Shown here piece after piece: positions 1 to 9,058 of a stretch of DNA of 57,735 nt. The stretch is from Candidatus Fervidifonticultor sextus (lineage in GTDB: Bacteria > Sysuimicrobiota > Sysuimicrobiia > Sysuimicrobiales > Humicultoraceae). Location of the stretch: assembly GCA_031459875.1 (NCBI GenBank), contig JAVKHQ010000019.1, positions 1-57,735 on the forward strand, given 5' to 3'. Positions within the stretch are counted from its first letter, which is position 1, and every line of letters starts with the position of its first letter. The position numbers and the translations under genes were made by a program. The notes beneath the pieces were generated by a model. The model made no database searches. It was not told the origin of the DNA and saw nothing but the letters and a program-made list of their open reading frames with translations.

Positions 1-26
1 AAGAGGAACTGCACGGCCCGCGCCAC
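1..26 (-). CDS. possible 5' end of a divergent gene running off the window (MARAVQFL...)
   Basis: Minus strand reads GGAGGT-6 nt-GTG at 26 and is open to the window edge. Only 8 codons are visible. Confidence 0.25.
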
Positions 27-208
27 ATCCCCACCTCCGCTCCTGTCTCGGCCCCTTCCTTCGTCAGCATCGCGGCAGGGCCCTCCGCGACCGGGAGGGC
101 AGGAGCGCCGCCGGGGTGCCACGAACGGAGGGAATGTGCCCGGCGGGTCCGACGGCGCACGGTAACCGCCAGTCATCCGCCGGGCCGCGGTGTTGGAGGG
201 CACGGCCG

Positions 209-2578
209 ATGGGCACCCGGTGGTTCGGCGAGCCAGTCCGGCGCAACGAAGACCCCCGCCTCCTCACAGGCCGGGGGACCTACGTTGACGACATCCAGCC
301 TCCGGGCCTGCTGCACGCCGCGGTCCTGCGCAGCCCCCATGCCCACGCCCGGATCCGGCGCATCGAGACCGGCCGCGCCGCCGCCATGCCGGGGGTCGCG
401 CTGGTCCTGACCCATGCCGACCTGCCCCCGACGCTGCAGGCGCCGCTGCCGAAGCTGATCCCGCACCCCACGCTGGTCCACCACAAGACGCAGTACGCCC
501 TGGCGCCGGGGAAGGTGCGCCACGTGGGGGAACCGGTGGCCTTCGTGGTGGCGACCAGCCGGTACCTGGCAGAAGACGCGGCCGAGGCCATCGAGGTAGA
601 CTACGACCCGCTGCCCGCCGTGGCCGACCTGGAGGCGGCCGCCGCGCCCGGCAGCCCCCTCGTCCACGAGGACATGAGCACCAATGTCTGCGCCGAGTAC
701 ACCCAGCGGGTCGGCGACCCCGACGCGGCCTTCGCCCGCGCCCCGCACGTCTTCCGCGAGCGCTTTTGCATGGACCGGGGGACGGCGGCCTCCATCGAGA
801 CCCGCGGGGTTGTGGCCATCTGGGACCCCCGCACGCGCCACCTGCTGGTCTACGACTCGACCCAGGCGCCGATTCCCATCCGCAACGGCCTGGCCCGGCT
901 GTTCGACCTCCCGCAGCACCACGTGCGCGTGGTCGCCCCGGACGTCGGCGGCGGCTTCGGGCCCAAGATCATGATGTTCTACCCCGAAGAGATCCTCGTG
1001 CCGCTGGCGGCGATGCGCCTGGGACATCCGGTCAAGTGGATCGAGGACCGCCGTGAGAACTTCGTCGCCACCAATCAGGAGCGCGAGCAGATCCACGACG
1101 CCGAGATCGCGGTGGACGAGGAAGGCCGCATCCTGGCGGTGCGGACCAGGTTCCTCTACGACTCGGGCGCCTACATCCCCTACGGGATCATCGTGCCGAT
1201 CGTGGCCAGCACGCAACTGGTGGGCCCCTACAAGATCCCCAACTACGAGTGCACCTTCAAGGCGGTCTTCACCAACAAGGTCATCGTCAGCCCCTACCGC
1301 GGCGCCGGCCGGCCCACCGGGTGCTTCGTCATGGAGCGGCTGATCGAACGCGTGGCGCGCGAGTTGGGTCTGGACCGCGTCGAGGTGCGCCGTCGCAACC
1401 TGATCCAGCCCGACGAGTTTCCCTACGACACCGGGCTGATCTTCCAGGACAACGCCCCGCTCATCTACGACAGCGGCAACTACCCCGCCGTCCTCGAGCG
1501 GGCCCTGGAGATGATCGGCTACCGGGACTGGCCGGCGCGACAGGCGGCCGCGCGCCGCGAGGGACGGCTGATGGGTCTGGGGATCGCCCTCTACGTCGAG
1601 GGCACCGGCATCGGCCCCTACGAGGGCTGCCGGATCACGGTGGAGCCCAGCGGCCGGGTCGTCGCCGCCACCAGCGTCGGGACCCAGGGCCAGGGACACC
1701 AGACGGCGTTCGCACAGATCATCGCGGACGCGCTCGGGGTGGGGGTCCGCGACGTGGTGGTCACCACGGGCGATTCGGGCGCGTTCGGGTGGGGCACCGG
1801 CACCTTCGCCAGCCGGGCGGCGGTCGTCGCCGGCAACGCGGTCGGCCTGGCCGCGCAGGCGGTCCGGCAGAAGACGCTGACGGTGGCCGCCAGGCTGCTG
1901 GAGGCGCGGCCCGACGACCTGGAACTGGCGGACGGCAAGGTCTTCGTCCGGGGTTCGCCGTCGCGCGCGGTCTCCCTCGGCGACGTGGCGGCTGCGGCCA
2001 ACCCGCTGCGGGGCACGATCCCGCCGGAGTGGGAAGGGCCGGGGCTGGAGGCCTCCCGCTACTTCGCCCCCCCGCGGGGCACCTACGCGGCTGGCTGTCA
2101 CGCGGCGATTTTGGAGATCGACCCGGGCACGGCCGCCGTCCGCATCCACAGGTACGTGGTCGTGCACGACTGCGGGAAGATCATCAACCCCCTGATCCTG
2201 GACGGGCAGATCCAGGGCGGCGTGGCGCAGGGGATCGGCGGCGCCTTCTACGAGAAACTCGTCTACGACGCAGAGGGGCAGTTGCTCACCCAGACGTTCA
2301 TGGATTACCTGCTGCCCACGATCGCCGAGGTGCCCCCGGTCGAGATCGGCCACCTCGAGACGCCCTCGCCGCTGAACCCGCTGGGCATCAAGGGGGCCGG
2401 CGAGGCGGGGGTCATCCCGGTCGCGGCGCTCTTCGCCTCGGCGATCGACGACGCGCTCGGCACCCGCATCACCGAGATGCCCCTCTCCCACAGCCGGCTG
2501 CTGGACCTCCTGGCAAGGAGCCCCGCGGCGGCGACGGCGGAGGCCCCCGGCGTGGCGGCCGTGGGCGACGGGCCGTGA
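209..2578 (+). CDS. xanthine dehydrogenase/CoxL-family molybdopterin-binding large subunit
   Basis: RNEDPRLLTGRG N-terminus, GGGFG, PYRGAGR, GQGH, GTFASR, GQIQGGVAQG, KGAGEAG. GGAGG RBS at 195-199 before ATG 209. Confidence 0.93.
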   Translation: MGTRWFGEPVRRNEDPRLLTGRGTYVDDIQPPGLLHAAVLRSPHAHARIRRIETGRAAAMPGVALVLTHADLPPTLQAPLPKLIPHPTLVHHKTQYALAPGKVRHVGEPVAFVVATSRYLAEDAAEAIEVDYDPLPAVADLEAAAAPGSPLVHEDMSTNVCAEYTQRVGDPDAAFARAPHVFRERFCMDRGTAASIETRGVVAIWDPRTRHLLVYDSTQAPIPIRNGLARLFDLPQHHVRVVAPDVGGGFGPKIMMFYPEEILVPLAAMRLGHPVKWIEDRRENFVATNQEREQIHDAEIAVDEEGRILAVRTRFLYDSGAYIPYGIIVPIVASTQLVGPYKIPNYECTFKAVFTNKVIVSPYRGAGRPTGCFVMERLIERVARELGLDRVEVRRRNLIQPDEFPYDTGLIFQDNAPLIYDSGNYPAVLERALEMIGYRDWPARQAAARREGRLMGLGIALYVEGTGIGPYEGCRITVEPSGRVVAATSVGTQGQGHQTAFAQIIADALGVGVRDVVVTTGDSGAFGWGTGTFASRAAVVAGNAVGLAAQAVRQKTLTVAARLLEARPDDLELADGKVFVRGSPSRAVSLGDVAAAANPLRGTIPPEWEGPGLEASRYFAPPRGTYAAGCHAAILEIDPGTAAVRIHRYVVVHDCGKIINPLILDGQIQGGVAQGIGGAFYEKLVYDAEGQLLTQTFMDYLLPTIAEVPPVEIGHLETPSPLNPLGIKGAGEAGVIPVAALFASAIDDALGTRITEMPLSHSRLLDLLARSPAAATAEAPGVAAVGDGP

Positions 2579-3450
2579 AGCCGGCGCCGTTCGGTTATCT
2601 GGCTCCGCGCAGCCGCCAGCAGGCGCTGGACGCGTTGCGCCGCTTCGGCCCCGAGGCCAAGCTGCTGGCCGGCGGCCAGAGCCTGGTGCCGCTGCTGGCC
2701 ATGCGCCTGGTCCGCCCGTCGGTGCTCATCGACCTCAACCGCGTCCCGGGCCTGGCCTACGTGCGTCCCTTCCGGGGCGGCCTGGCCATCGGCGCCATGA
2801 CGCGACAGCGCGCGGTGGAGGTCCACCCGCTGGTCGCCGAACGCGTCCCCCTGCTGCGCGAGGCCCTGCGCTGGGTCGGCCATCCCCAGATCCGCACCCG
2901 CGGCACCGTCGGCGGCAGCCTGGCCCACGCGGACCCGTCGGCGGAACTGCCCGCGGTGGCGGCGGCGCTCGACGCGCGCTTCGTGCTGGCCAGCGCCCGG
3001 GGACCGCGGGTGGTGGACACGCCGCGGTTCTTTGCGGGGTATCTGACCACCGCGCTGGAGCCCGACGAGATGCTGGTCGAAGTGCGTCTCCCGGCGCTCC
3101 CCGCCGGCGCCGGGTGGGCGTTTGCGGAAGTCGCGCGCCGCCACGGCGACTTCGCGCTGGTGGGTGTCGCCGTGGTGCTGCGCGGCGATCCGGACCGCCG
3201 CTGTACGGAGGCCCGGATGGCCTTCACCGGCGTCAGCCACGGTCCGGTGCGGGTGGCCGAGGCCGAGCGGTCGCTGGTGGGCCGGCGGGTCACGGCCGCC
3301 GCTGCCGTCGAAGCCGGACGCATCGCCCAGGCAGCGCTGGAGCCCCACTCCGACATCCACGCCAGCGCTGCCTACCGCCGCCACGTCGCCGGCGTGCTGG
3401 CTGCGCGGGCGCTGGAGCAGGCCGCGGCGCGGATGCAGGTGTCCCCGTGA
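2575..3450 (+). CDS. FAD-binding medium subunit (CoxM/XdhB-like)
   Basis: KPAPFGY, AGGQSL, QIRTRGTVGGSLAHADPSAE, RRHGDFA. GTGA overlap with the upstream stop. Confidence 0.92.
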   Translation: MKPAPFGYLAPRSRQQALDALRRFGPEAKLLAGGQSLVPLLAMRLVRPSVLIDLNRVPGLAYVRPFRGGLAIGAMTRQRAVEVHPLVAERVPLLREALRWVGHPQIRTRGTVGGSLAHADPSAELPAVAAALDARFVLASARGPRVVDTPRFFAGYLTTALEPDEMLVEVRLPALPAGAGWAFAEVARRHGDFALVGVAVVLRGDPDRRCTEARMAFTGVSHGPVRVAEAERSLVGRRVTAAAAVEAGRIAQAALEPHSDIHASAAYRRHVAGVLAARALEQAAARMQVSP

Positions 3451-3971
3451 AGGGCGTGCGGACAACGACCCGGCGGTCCCGGCCGGTGCCCCTCACCCAG
3501 GCCGAGATCCGTCTGCGGGTCAACGGCATCCAGGTCACGCGCACCGTCGAGGTGCGGCGCACGCTGGCCGACTTCCTCCGCGAGGACCTGGGGCTGACCG
3601 GGACCCACCTGGGGTGCGAGCACGGCGTCTGTGGCGCGTGCACGGTCCTGCTCGACGGGCAGGCGGTGCGCTCCTGCCTGCTCTTTGCGGTCCAGGCCGA
3701 CGGCAGCGAGATCACCACAGTCGAGGCCCTGGGGACGCCGGAGGCGTTGTCGCCGCTGCAGCAGGCGTTCATGGAGCACCATGCCCTGCAGTGCGGCTTC
3801 TGCACCTCCGGGTTCCTGATGAGCGCCCATGCCCTGCTGCGCGACCACCCCAACCCCTCCGACGACGAGATCCGCGAGGTGCTGGGCGGCCACCTGTGCC
3901 GGTGCACCGGGTACCGCGCCATCTTCGAAGCCGTGCGGGCCGCCGCGGCCCGGCCTCGCCATCGCGCGTGA
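3447..3971 (+). CDS. (2Fe-2S)-binding small subunit (CoxS-like)
   Basis: GCEHGVCGACTV...SC and QCGFC...CRCTGY motifs. GTGA overlap. Confidence 0.93.
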   Translation: MKGVRTTTRRSRPVPLTQAEIRLRVNGIQVTRTVEVRRTLADFLREDLGLTGTHLGCEHGVCGACTVLLDGQAVRSCLLFAVQADGSEITTVEALGTPEALSPLQQAFMEHHALQCGFCTSGFLMSAHALLRDHPNPSDDEIREVLGGHLCRCTGYRAIFEAVRAAAARPRHRA

Positions 3972-4873
3972 CCGCCCGGGCGCCTGCCACCATCACGGCC
4001 GTCAGCATCCCCTCGCCGCTCGCCGACCTCCGCGAAGGCACGGCCCGCGGCAGAGTGCTGGCGGTCTTCGAGCGAAGCGCCTACCTCGACGTCGCCGGCC
4101 GGATCGTGGCGCTGGCCCCTGCCGGGCTGGGCCGGGGGCCGCTGACGATCACGCTGGATCGTTTTCGCGCGCTGCGGCCGCTTGCCCCCGGAGAGGCGGT
4201 CGCTCTGGACGGCGGACTGTTGCGGGTGGGCGGGCACACCGTGGGCCTGCGCCCATCCGCGGTCTGGGATCCGGCGCTGCCCACGGTCGCCTCCGCGGCC
4301 GTTGCGCCTGGGGTGGTGCTCCGCGAGGTGCGCCGCGGGGCGTCGGAGGCCAGCGTGGCGGCGCTGCTCGACCCTCCACGGGGCGCCGGGCCGACCTCGC
4401 CGCACGGCACCCTCCTGGGAGCGCTGCGCCGGGGCCTCGAGGTGATCGGCGACTTCCTCGACGACCGTGCCGGCGCCGACGCCGTCGCGGGGGCCGTCGC
4501 GGAGGCGATCGCCGGCCGCGGACCCGGCCTCACGCCTTCCGGGGACGACCTGCTCGCGGGCATTATGCACGCCGCAACGGTCTGGCCGTGGCTGGCATCC
4601 CGCGGGCGGGGAGCGGACCTCCGGACGGTCCTGCGGGACGCCGCCGCGCCGCGCACCACGCGCATCAGTGCGGCCTATCTCGACGCGGCAGCCGGGGGCC
4701 TGGCCTCCGAACCCTGGCACGCCCTGGTTGCCGGACTCCGTCAGTCGTCGGCGGCTGCGTGCGCGGCAGTGCGCCGTCTGCTGACCGTCGGCGAGACATC
4801 GGGGGCCGATGCGCTGACCGGGTTCTGCTGGGCGTGGAGCCGGCTGTGGGATCGCAGGGGCCCGGCTGAGTGA
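3968..4873 (+). CDS. DUF2877 family protein (AllH/YlbF/YahE-like)
   Basis: GRGPGLTPSGDDLLAG, RTTRIS and GETSGADALTG motifs typical of DUF2877. GTGA overlap with the small subunit. Confidence 0.85.
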   Translation: MTARAPATITAVSIPSPLADLREGTARGRVLAVFERSAYLDVAGRIVALAPAGLGRGPLTITLDRFRALRPLAPGEAVALDGGLLRVGGHTVGLRPSAVWDPALPTVASAAVAPGVVLREVRRGASEASVAALLDPPRGAGPTSPHGTLLGALRRGLEVIGDFLDDRAGADAVAGAVAEAIAGRGPGLTPSGDDLLAGIMHAATVWPWLASRGRGADLRTVLRDAAAPRTTRISAAYLDAAAGGLASEPWHALVAGLRQSSAAACAAVRRLLTVGETSGADALTGFCWAWSRLWDRRGPAE

Positions 4874-5181
4874 CCCGACGTGCCGCAGGGCCAGTACGAC
4901 ACGCTGCATCAAACAGGTGCGGGAGGGGAGGCGGTTCAGGCGGTCAGCAGGTTGCGCAGGCTTGTCCTCACAGATGCTTTTGGATCACGCCCTGTCTCCA
5001 GCCTCGCGGCTCCACGTCCTTTGCGCGGCGTCCCACGTCCCCCCGTACGCTGCTGTGGAGCACCGGATCGAGCCATTCCGCGGCCAGCGTACGGGTGCGT
5101 GTCAGCATGCATCTTCTCGGCAATCTGACGCGCCAGGTATTCTGAACCGATAGAAACTGCGAAATTTGTGGTAGCTCTTTA

Positions 5182-5342
5182 GTAGAGTAAGGATTCGGCA
5201 CGCCACGTAGCCCAGTACCGCAGCAATTCAGCCTCTCTGCCTCCGACGACAGCTTGCGGACCCATGCCGCAGCACGGTGCCACGTACGTCTCCAACCCCT
5301 TCTCATCGAACCGAACATGCGGCGCTACCGCATCCGGCTCTC
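5182..5342 (-). ncRNA. group II intron ribozyme domains V-VI
   Basis: Minus strand GAGAGCCGGATGCGGTAGCGCCGCATGTTCGGTTCGATGAGAAGGGG matches the DV hairpin with AGC triad (about 5308-5342), then a long DVI ending ACTCTAC. Confidence 0.85.
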
Positions 5343-5370
5343 GGACTGAGTTCACGCCAGGCCCACGAAG

Positions 5371-6653
5371 TCACCCCGCGCTCGACAGGGCCAACTGGTG
5401 CAATCCGTACTCCTGATACAGCCGCACATCCGAGAACTGCCGCGTGCCCAGACTCTCGACCTTGTGCCGCCGCACGAGAAACCGCCGGAGTCGGTCCGCC
5501 ACGTAGCGGTCGATCTGCCGGTACGTCTTGGTGACCGTCCCGTAGCTGAAGAAATTCCCCCAGCCTATGAGCAGTCGATTGAGGTGTGCGATCACCTCGT
5601 CTCCCGGGCTCGGGTTCTGCGGACCAAGATAGCTGTGCACCGCCTGACGCAGTCGTCGAACGCGGGCCTTGGACGGCGCTGCCCCCAGATAGCGAGCCCC
5701 GTTTCTCGGGCTGTGCATCGGGCCAAACGTGTACCCCAGGAAGTCGAACGGCTCCTCCCGCGCATTGACGATCCGGGTCTGCTCCTCGTTCAGCTCCAGC
5801 TTGATCCGCCGCATCAGAGCCCGGGCGACCGTCAGGGCCTGCGTAGCCGTGCCACGGCACAGGATCACGAGATCATCGGCGTAGGCACACACAGAGGCCT
5901 GGAGCCGCCCCTCCCATCGTTGCCAGGCCAGCAGAAACCGGCGCATGTACAGCAGGGCCAGGAGCGGACTGATCACGCCCCCTTGGGGTGTCCCGCGGTG
6001 GTGGCGCTTCCCTCCCCTCCGTCGCATCCGCCCACGGGCGTCTCGCTCCACGATCGGCGCCTGTAGCCACATCTTGATCAGCGCCAACACCCTGCCGTCG
6101 CTGATCCGCCGGACACGCAGCGCAGGAGCTCCGCGTGCGGGATCGTCTCGAAGTATTGCCGGAGATCCGCATCGACCACATCGGTGTACCCCGCCTGCAA
6201 GTACGCATGCACCCGCTTCACCGCTCCCACCGCAGACCGCTTGGGGCGATAGCCCCACGCATTGTCTGGGAGATCGGCCTCGAAGATCGGGACAAGCACG
6301 AGAAGCGTCGCTGCCTGGATCATCACCCGTGTGCGGATCGTCGGAATCCCCAATGGACGCGTGCTCTTGCCGTCCGGCTTCGGGATCTCTACCCGCCGCA
6401 CGGGCTCGACGCGATAGGTGCCCTCCTGAAGCTCACGCTGGATTCCCCGCAGAAACGCCTCTACCCCTGCCGCCTCGATCTGCCCCAAGGTCACCCCGTC
6501 CACCGCAGGGGCTCCGGCATTCGCCCGCACCCGCTGGTAGGCATGTTCCAGGGGATCCGGGAGGACGGCTGTCACGTAATCGACGAGACGAAGCGCTGGC
6601 GAAGCTCGGGATCGGTGAAGGGCGGCGTATGGTCCATCGGCGACACCTGCCAT
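5371..6653 (-). pseudogene. ltrA: group II intron reverse transcriptase/maturase, frameshifted
   Basis: Two ORFs (6078-6653 and 5371-6258) carry RPLGIP, GYRP, GTPQGGVISPLL, YADD, FDFLG and domain X (LNRLLIGWGNFF). A 1-nt deletion near 6112 splits them. No En domain. Confidence 0.88.
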
Positions 6654-6756
6654 GATGACGTCTGCTGCGACAATTAGCGTCGGTGAAGGAGCTGCACGGA
6701 GGGGCGGTGCACGAGGAGCGGATCCCGCATGAACGAGGAGCCCTGCGGCGGTTTCT

Positions 6757-6910
6757 TCACCGGCGTGAACCCGGGTCCCCCCTGACCGATTGCCGGGAGA
6801 CCCCGAACACGCGCGCCGCTTCGGCTTGCGGCATCCCCCTGACCAGGGCCTGGATCACGCGCCGCCGCAGAGCGTCCAGCCGGGCCGGGGTGATTTCGCC
6901 AGGATCAGCG
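6757..6910 (-). pseudogene. IS630-like transposase N-terminal HTH remnant
   Basis: [29 protein letters not shown] resembles an IS630-family HTH. It terminates immediately and no DDE domain follows. Confidence 0.5.
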
Positions 6911-7023
6911 TCAAAGCGCTCGACCAGCACGGCCCGGAACTCTCTGTTGCCGAAGGCCTTGAACGTGAGCCAGGCACAGCCCATAACTTCCAGGGCGAAG
7001 CCGGTCCCGTGTGGCGAGGTCGT

Positions 7024-8370
7024 TCAGTACGACCGGAGCAGGCGGCCGGCGGGGGGCCCGACAGGCTGTCCGTCGCGGAACGCCACGCGGCCGCCCTTGA
7101 TGATCAGGACCGGCCATCCCTTCACAGCCATGCCATGGGCCGCCGTCTTGAAGGGCGAGTAGGTGGTCTGCGGGCTGACCACGCGCTCCTGCTCCATGTC
7201 CACCAGGACCAGGTCGGCGTCCTTGCCCACGGCGATGGCGCCCTTGCGGTCGTCAATGTGGTAGAGCCGCGCGGGGTTGAGGCACGCGACGCGGACCAGA
7301 TCGTGTAGCGTGATGCGGCCCTTGTGCACCCCCTCCGAGAGGAGAAGGGGCAACGCCACCTCGATGCCCGGCATCCCGGCAGTCACCTGCCAGAGGTCGT
7401 CGGTCTCGTGCTTGTCGCAGGAGATGTGGTCGGTGCCCACGGTGGCAATCGCCCCCGACCGCACGCCGGCCCACAATCGCTCGCCGTTGGCGCGGTCGCG
7501 CAGCGGCGGGTTCATCTTCCCGATGGCGCCTATCCGGTCGCCGGCCTCTTCGGGGAACACCGTGAGGAACTGGACCAGGGTTTCCAGGATGAGGGGCCGT
7601 CGCGTCCACTTTGCTGCCGCTTCGATGCCGTCGGCCGCCGCAAGGTGAAGTACCACAGCACGGCACCCGGTCACCTCGCTGAGGTAGGCCATGGTGTGGA
7701 TGTCGGCGACCTCGCAGAAAGCCGGGCGCGCGTCGGTCCACGCCTGCAGGTCGCGCCGCCCCGTGGCCTGGACCGCCGGGAGCGTGTAGCGGATGATCTC
7801 CACGTCCTCGCAGTGGAGGGCGCATAGCCCGTCGAACGCCGCACACTGCTGCATGGTCAGGTACGCGTCGCCGTCGTCCAGGGGCTCGATGTCCAACTCC
7901 GCCACGGCTTTCACGCGGTAGTCCAGGTGGAGCTTGTAGCACAGTACCCCGAAGCGCTGCCGGTAAAGGGGGATCTCCTCGATGTGCTGGCGGTTCTGGA
8001 TCTGCAGGTGGACCAGCATATCGCAGTAGGAGCGCGCAGCCACCACCTGCTCCCAGGTGGGGTAAGCCTGCAGGTACGAGGTTTTGGCCCGCATGTGGGG
8101 CATCATGACAGTGGTGCCGCCGGCTAGGGCGGCCGCGCTGGTCTGCTCCACATCTACGTCGAACGGGTAGTGCACCCCCAGGTGGATGTGGGGCTCCACC
8201 CGCCCTGGCAACAGGACGTGTCCGTACCCGTCGACGACCTCGTCGGCCCGCGGAGGGTCGCCGTCCCCCAGACCGGCAATCTTCCCGTCCCGGACCGCCA
8301 CCCACCCGACGAAGAGCGTCTCGGGGGTGACGACCCGACAGTTGCGAACCAGGAGGTCAGCGCCCGGCAC
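7024..8370 (-). CDS. cyclic amidohydrolase (dihydropyrimidinase/allantoinase/dihydroorotase family)
   Basis: EPHIH, AALAGGTT, YK (carbamylated Lys position), LHCE, KMNPPLR, GTDH, NPAR, KGAIAVGKDADLV. Confidence 0.88.
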   Translation of the reverse strand: MPGADLLVRNCRVVTPETLFVGWVAVRDGKIAGLGDGDPPRADEVVDGYGHVLLPGRVEPHIHLGVHYPFDVDVEQTSAAALAGGTTVMMPHMRAKTSYLQAYPTWEQVVAARSYCDMLVHLQIQNRQHIEEIPLYRQRFGVLCYKLHLDYRVKAVAELDIEPLDDGDAYLTMQQCAAFDGLCALHCEDVEIIRYTLPAVQATGRRDLQAWTDARPAFCEVADIHTMAYLSEVTGCRAVVLHLAAADGIEAAAKWTRRPLILETLVQFLTVFPEEAGDRIGAIGKMNPPLRDRANGERLWAGVRSGAIATVGTDHISCDKHETDDLWQVTAGMPGIEVALPLLLSEGVHKGRITLHDLVRVACLNPARLYHIDDRKGAIAVGKDADLVLVDMEQERVVSPQTTYSPFKTAAHGMAVKGWPVLIIKGGRVAFRDGQPVGPPAGRLLRSY

Positions 8371-8989
8371 GGGCCGCCCCCACCATGGCCAGCACCTGGT
8401 CGGAGGTCACGACGGCCCCGCAGTACTGGGCCCAGACCGCCAGGGCCATCTCGTGCCAGTCGCGGCGCACGCCGCCGATGCAGTCCGACACGATGAGCAG
8501 GTCGTAGTCGCGCATGTACGCCTCCCGGATGGTGGTGTCCACGCACGCGTTGGTAGTCGAGCCGGTGACGATCAACGTGCGGCGGCCGAGGATGCGCAGC
8601 AAGACTTCCAGGCGTGTCCCGTAGAACACGCTGAACTTGTGCTTTTCGATCAGGTGGCTGCCCGCGTCGATCAGCGGCTTGAGCTCGTCCACGATCTCGG
8701 CGTCCCACGTGCCCGGCTGGCATGCTAGCCGGGCACGCTTGGCGGTGTGCGGCTGGATCCGGTGCAGGGCGCGGGTGTGGTCCTCCGGCAGGTGGTGTTG
8801 CAGGCTCCAGATGTCCGGGATCCCGGCGGCCTTGCACGCCGGAATCAGGCGCCGGAGCGGTGGGATGACGGCCGTCAGGAGGCTCATGTCCACGCCGCTG
8901 AGGCCGAGAGTCCCCTCGGGGTGGAGGAAGGCGTTCTGGGCGTCGATCACCAGCAGCGCGGTGTCGGCGATGTCGAGGGTGTAGTCCAC
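8357..8989 (-). CDS. isochorismatase/cysteine hydrolase family (RutB-like)
   Basis: IDAQN, EKHKFS and TTNACV give the Asp-Lys-Cys triad. Confidence 0.9.
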   Translation of the reverse strand: MDYTLDIADTALLVIDAQNAFLHPEGTLGLSGVDMSLLTAVIPPLRRLIPACKAAGIPDIWSLQHHLPEDHTRALHRIQPHTAKRARLACQPGTWDAEIVDELKPLIDAGSHLIEKHKFSVFYGTRLEVLLRILGRRTLIVTGSTTNACVDTTIREAYMRDYDLLIVSDCIGGVRRDWHEMALAVWAQYCGAVVTSDQVLAMVGAARAGR

Positions 8990-9058
8990 GGGTGTCCCTC
9001 CTTGCCCGTCCGGGATGGCCGGGCAGAGCCACGTCGCGCAGCACGAGGTCCCAGGACC

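Larger units (their letters stand above)
5182..6653 (-). mobile_element. degenerate, 5'-truncated group II intron
   Basis: RT/maturase coding remnants followed by domain V, domain VI and a 3' end ...CCTTACTCTAC at 5182. No clear GTGCG 5' end found. Confidence 0.85.

Noticed and set aside
116..208. Upstream-extended starts given by the ORF track (e.g. 116, 1249, 3122, 10342, 33110, 38150, 47300, 54224)
   Set aside because: RBS positions, stop/start overlaps and domain boundaries support the shorter starts listed in features.
173..2491. Long antisense and alternate-frame ORFs (e.g. 173-2491, 32134-34590, 46973-49906, 34952-36859)
   Set aside because: Shadow ORFs typical of high-GC coding DNA. 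They overlap motif-bearing genes and have no recognisable motifs.
209..3971. Calling either molybdoenzyme a true aerobic CO dehydrogenase
   Set aside because: Both lack the form I AYxCSFR motif, the M-S-L order and accessory cox genes.
6105..6125. Programmed frameshift in the RT
   Set aside because: No slippery sequence, and other degenerate residues indicate decay (or a sequencing error).
5371..6653. RT as a retron, DGR or defence-associated RT
   Set aside because: Domain X plus adjacent DV/DVI identify a group II intron. No template/variable repeats or msr-msd were seen.
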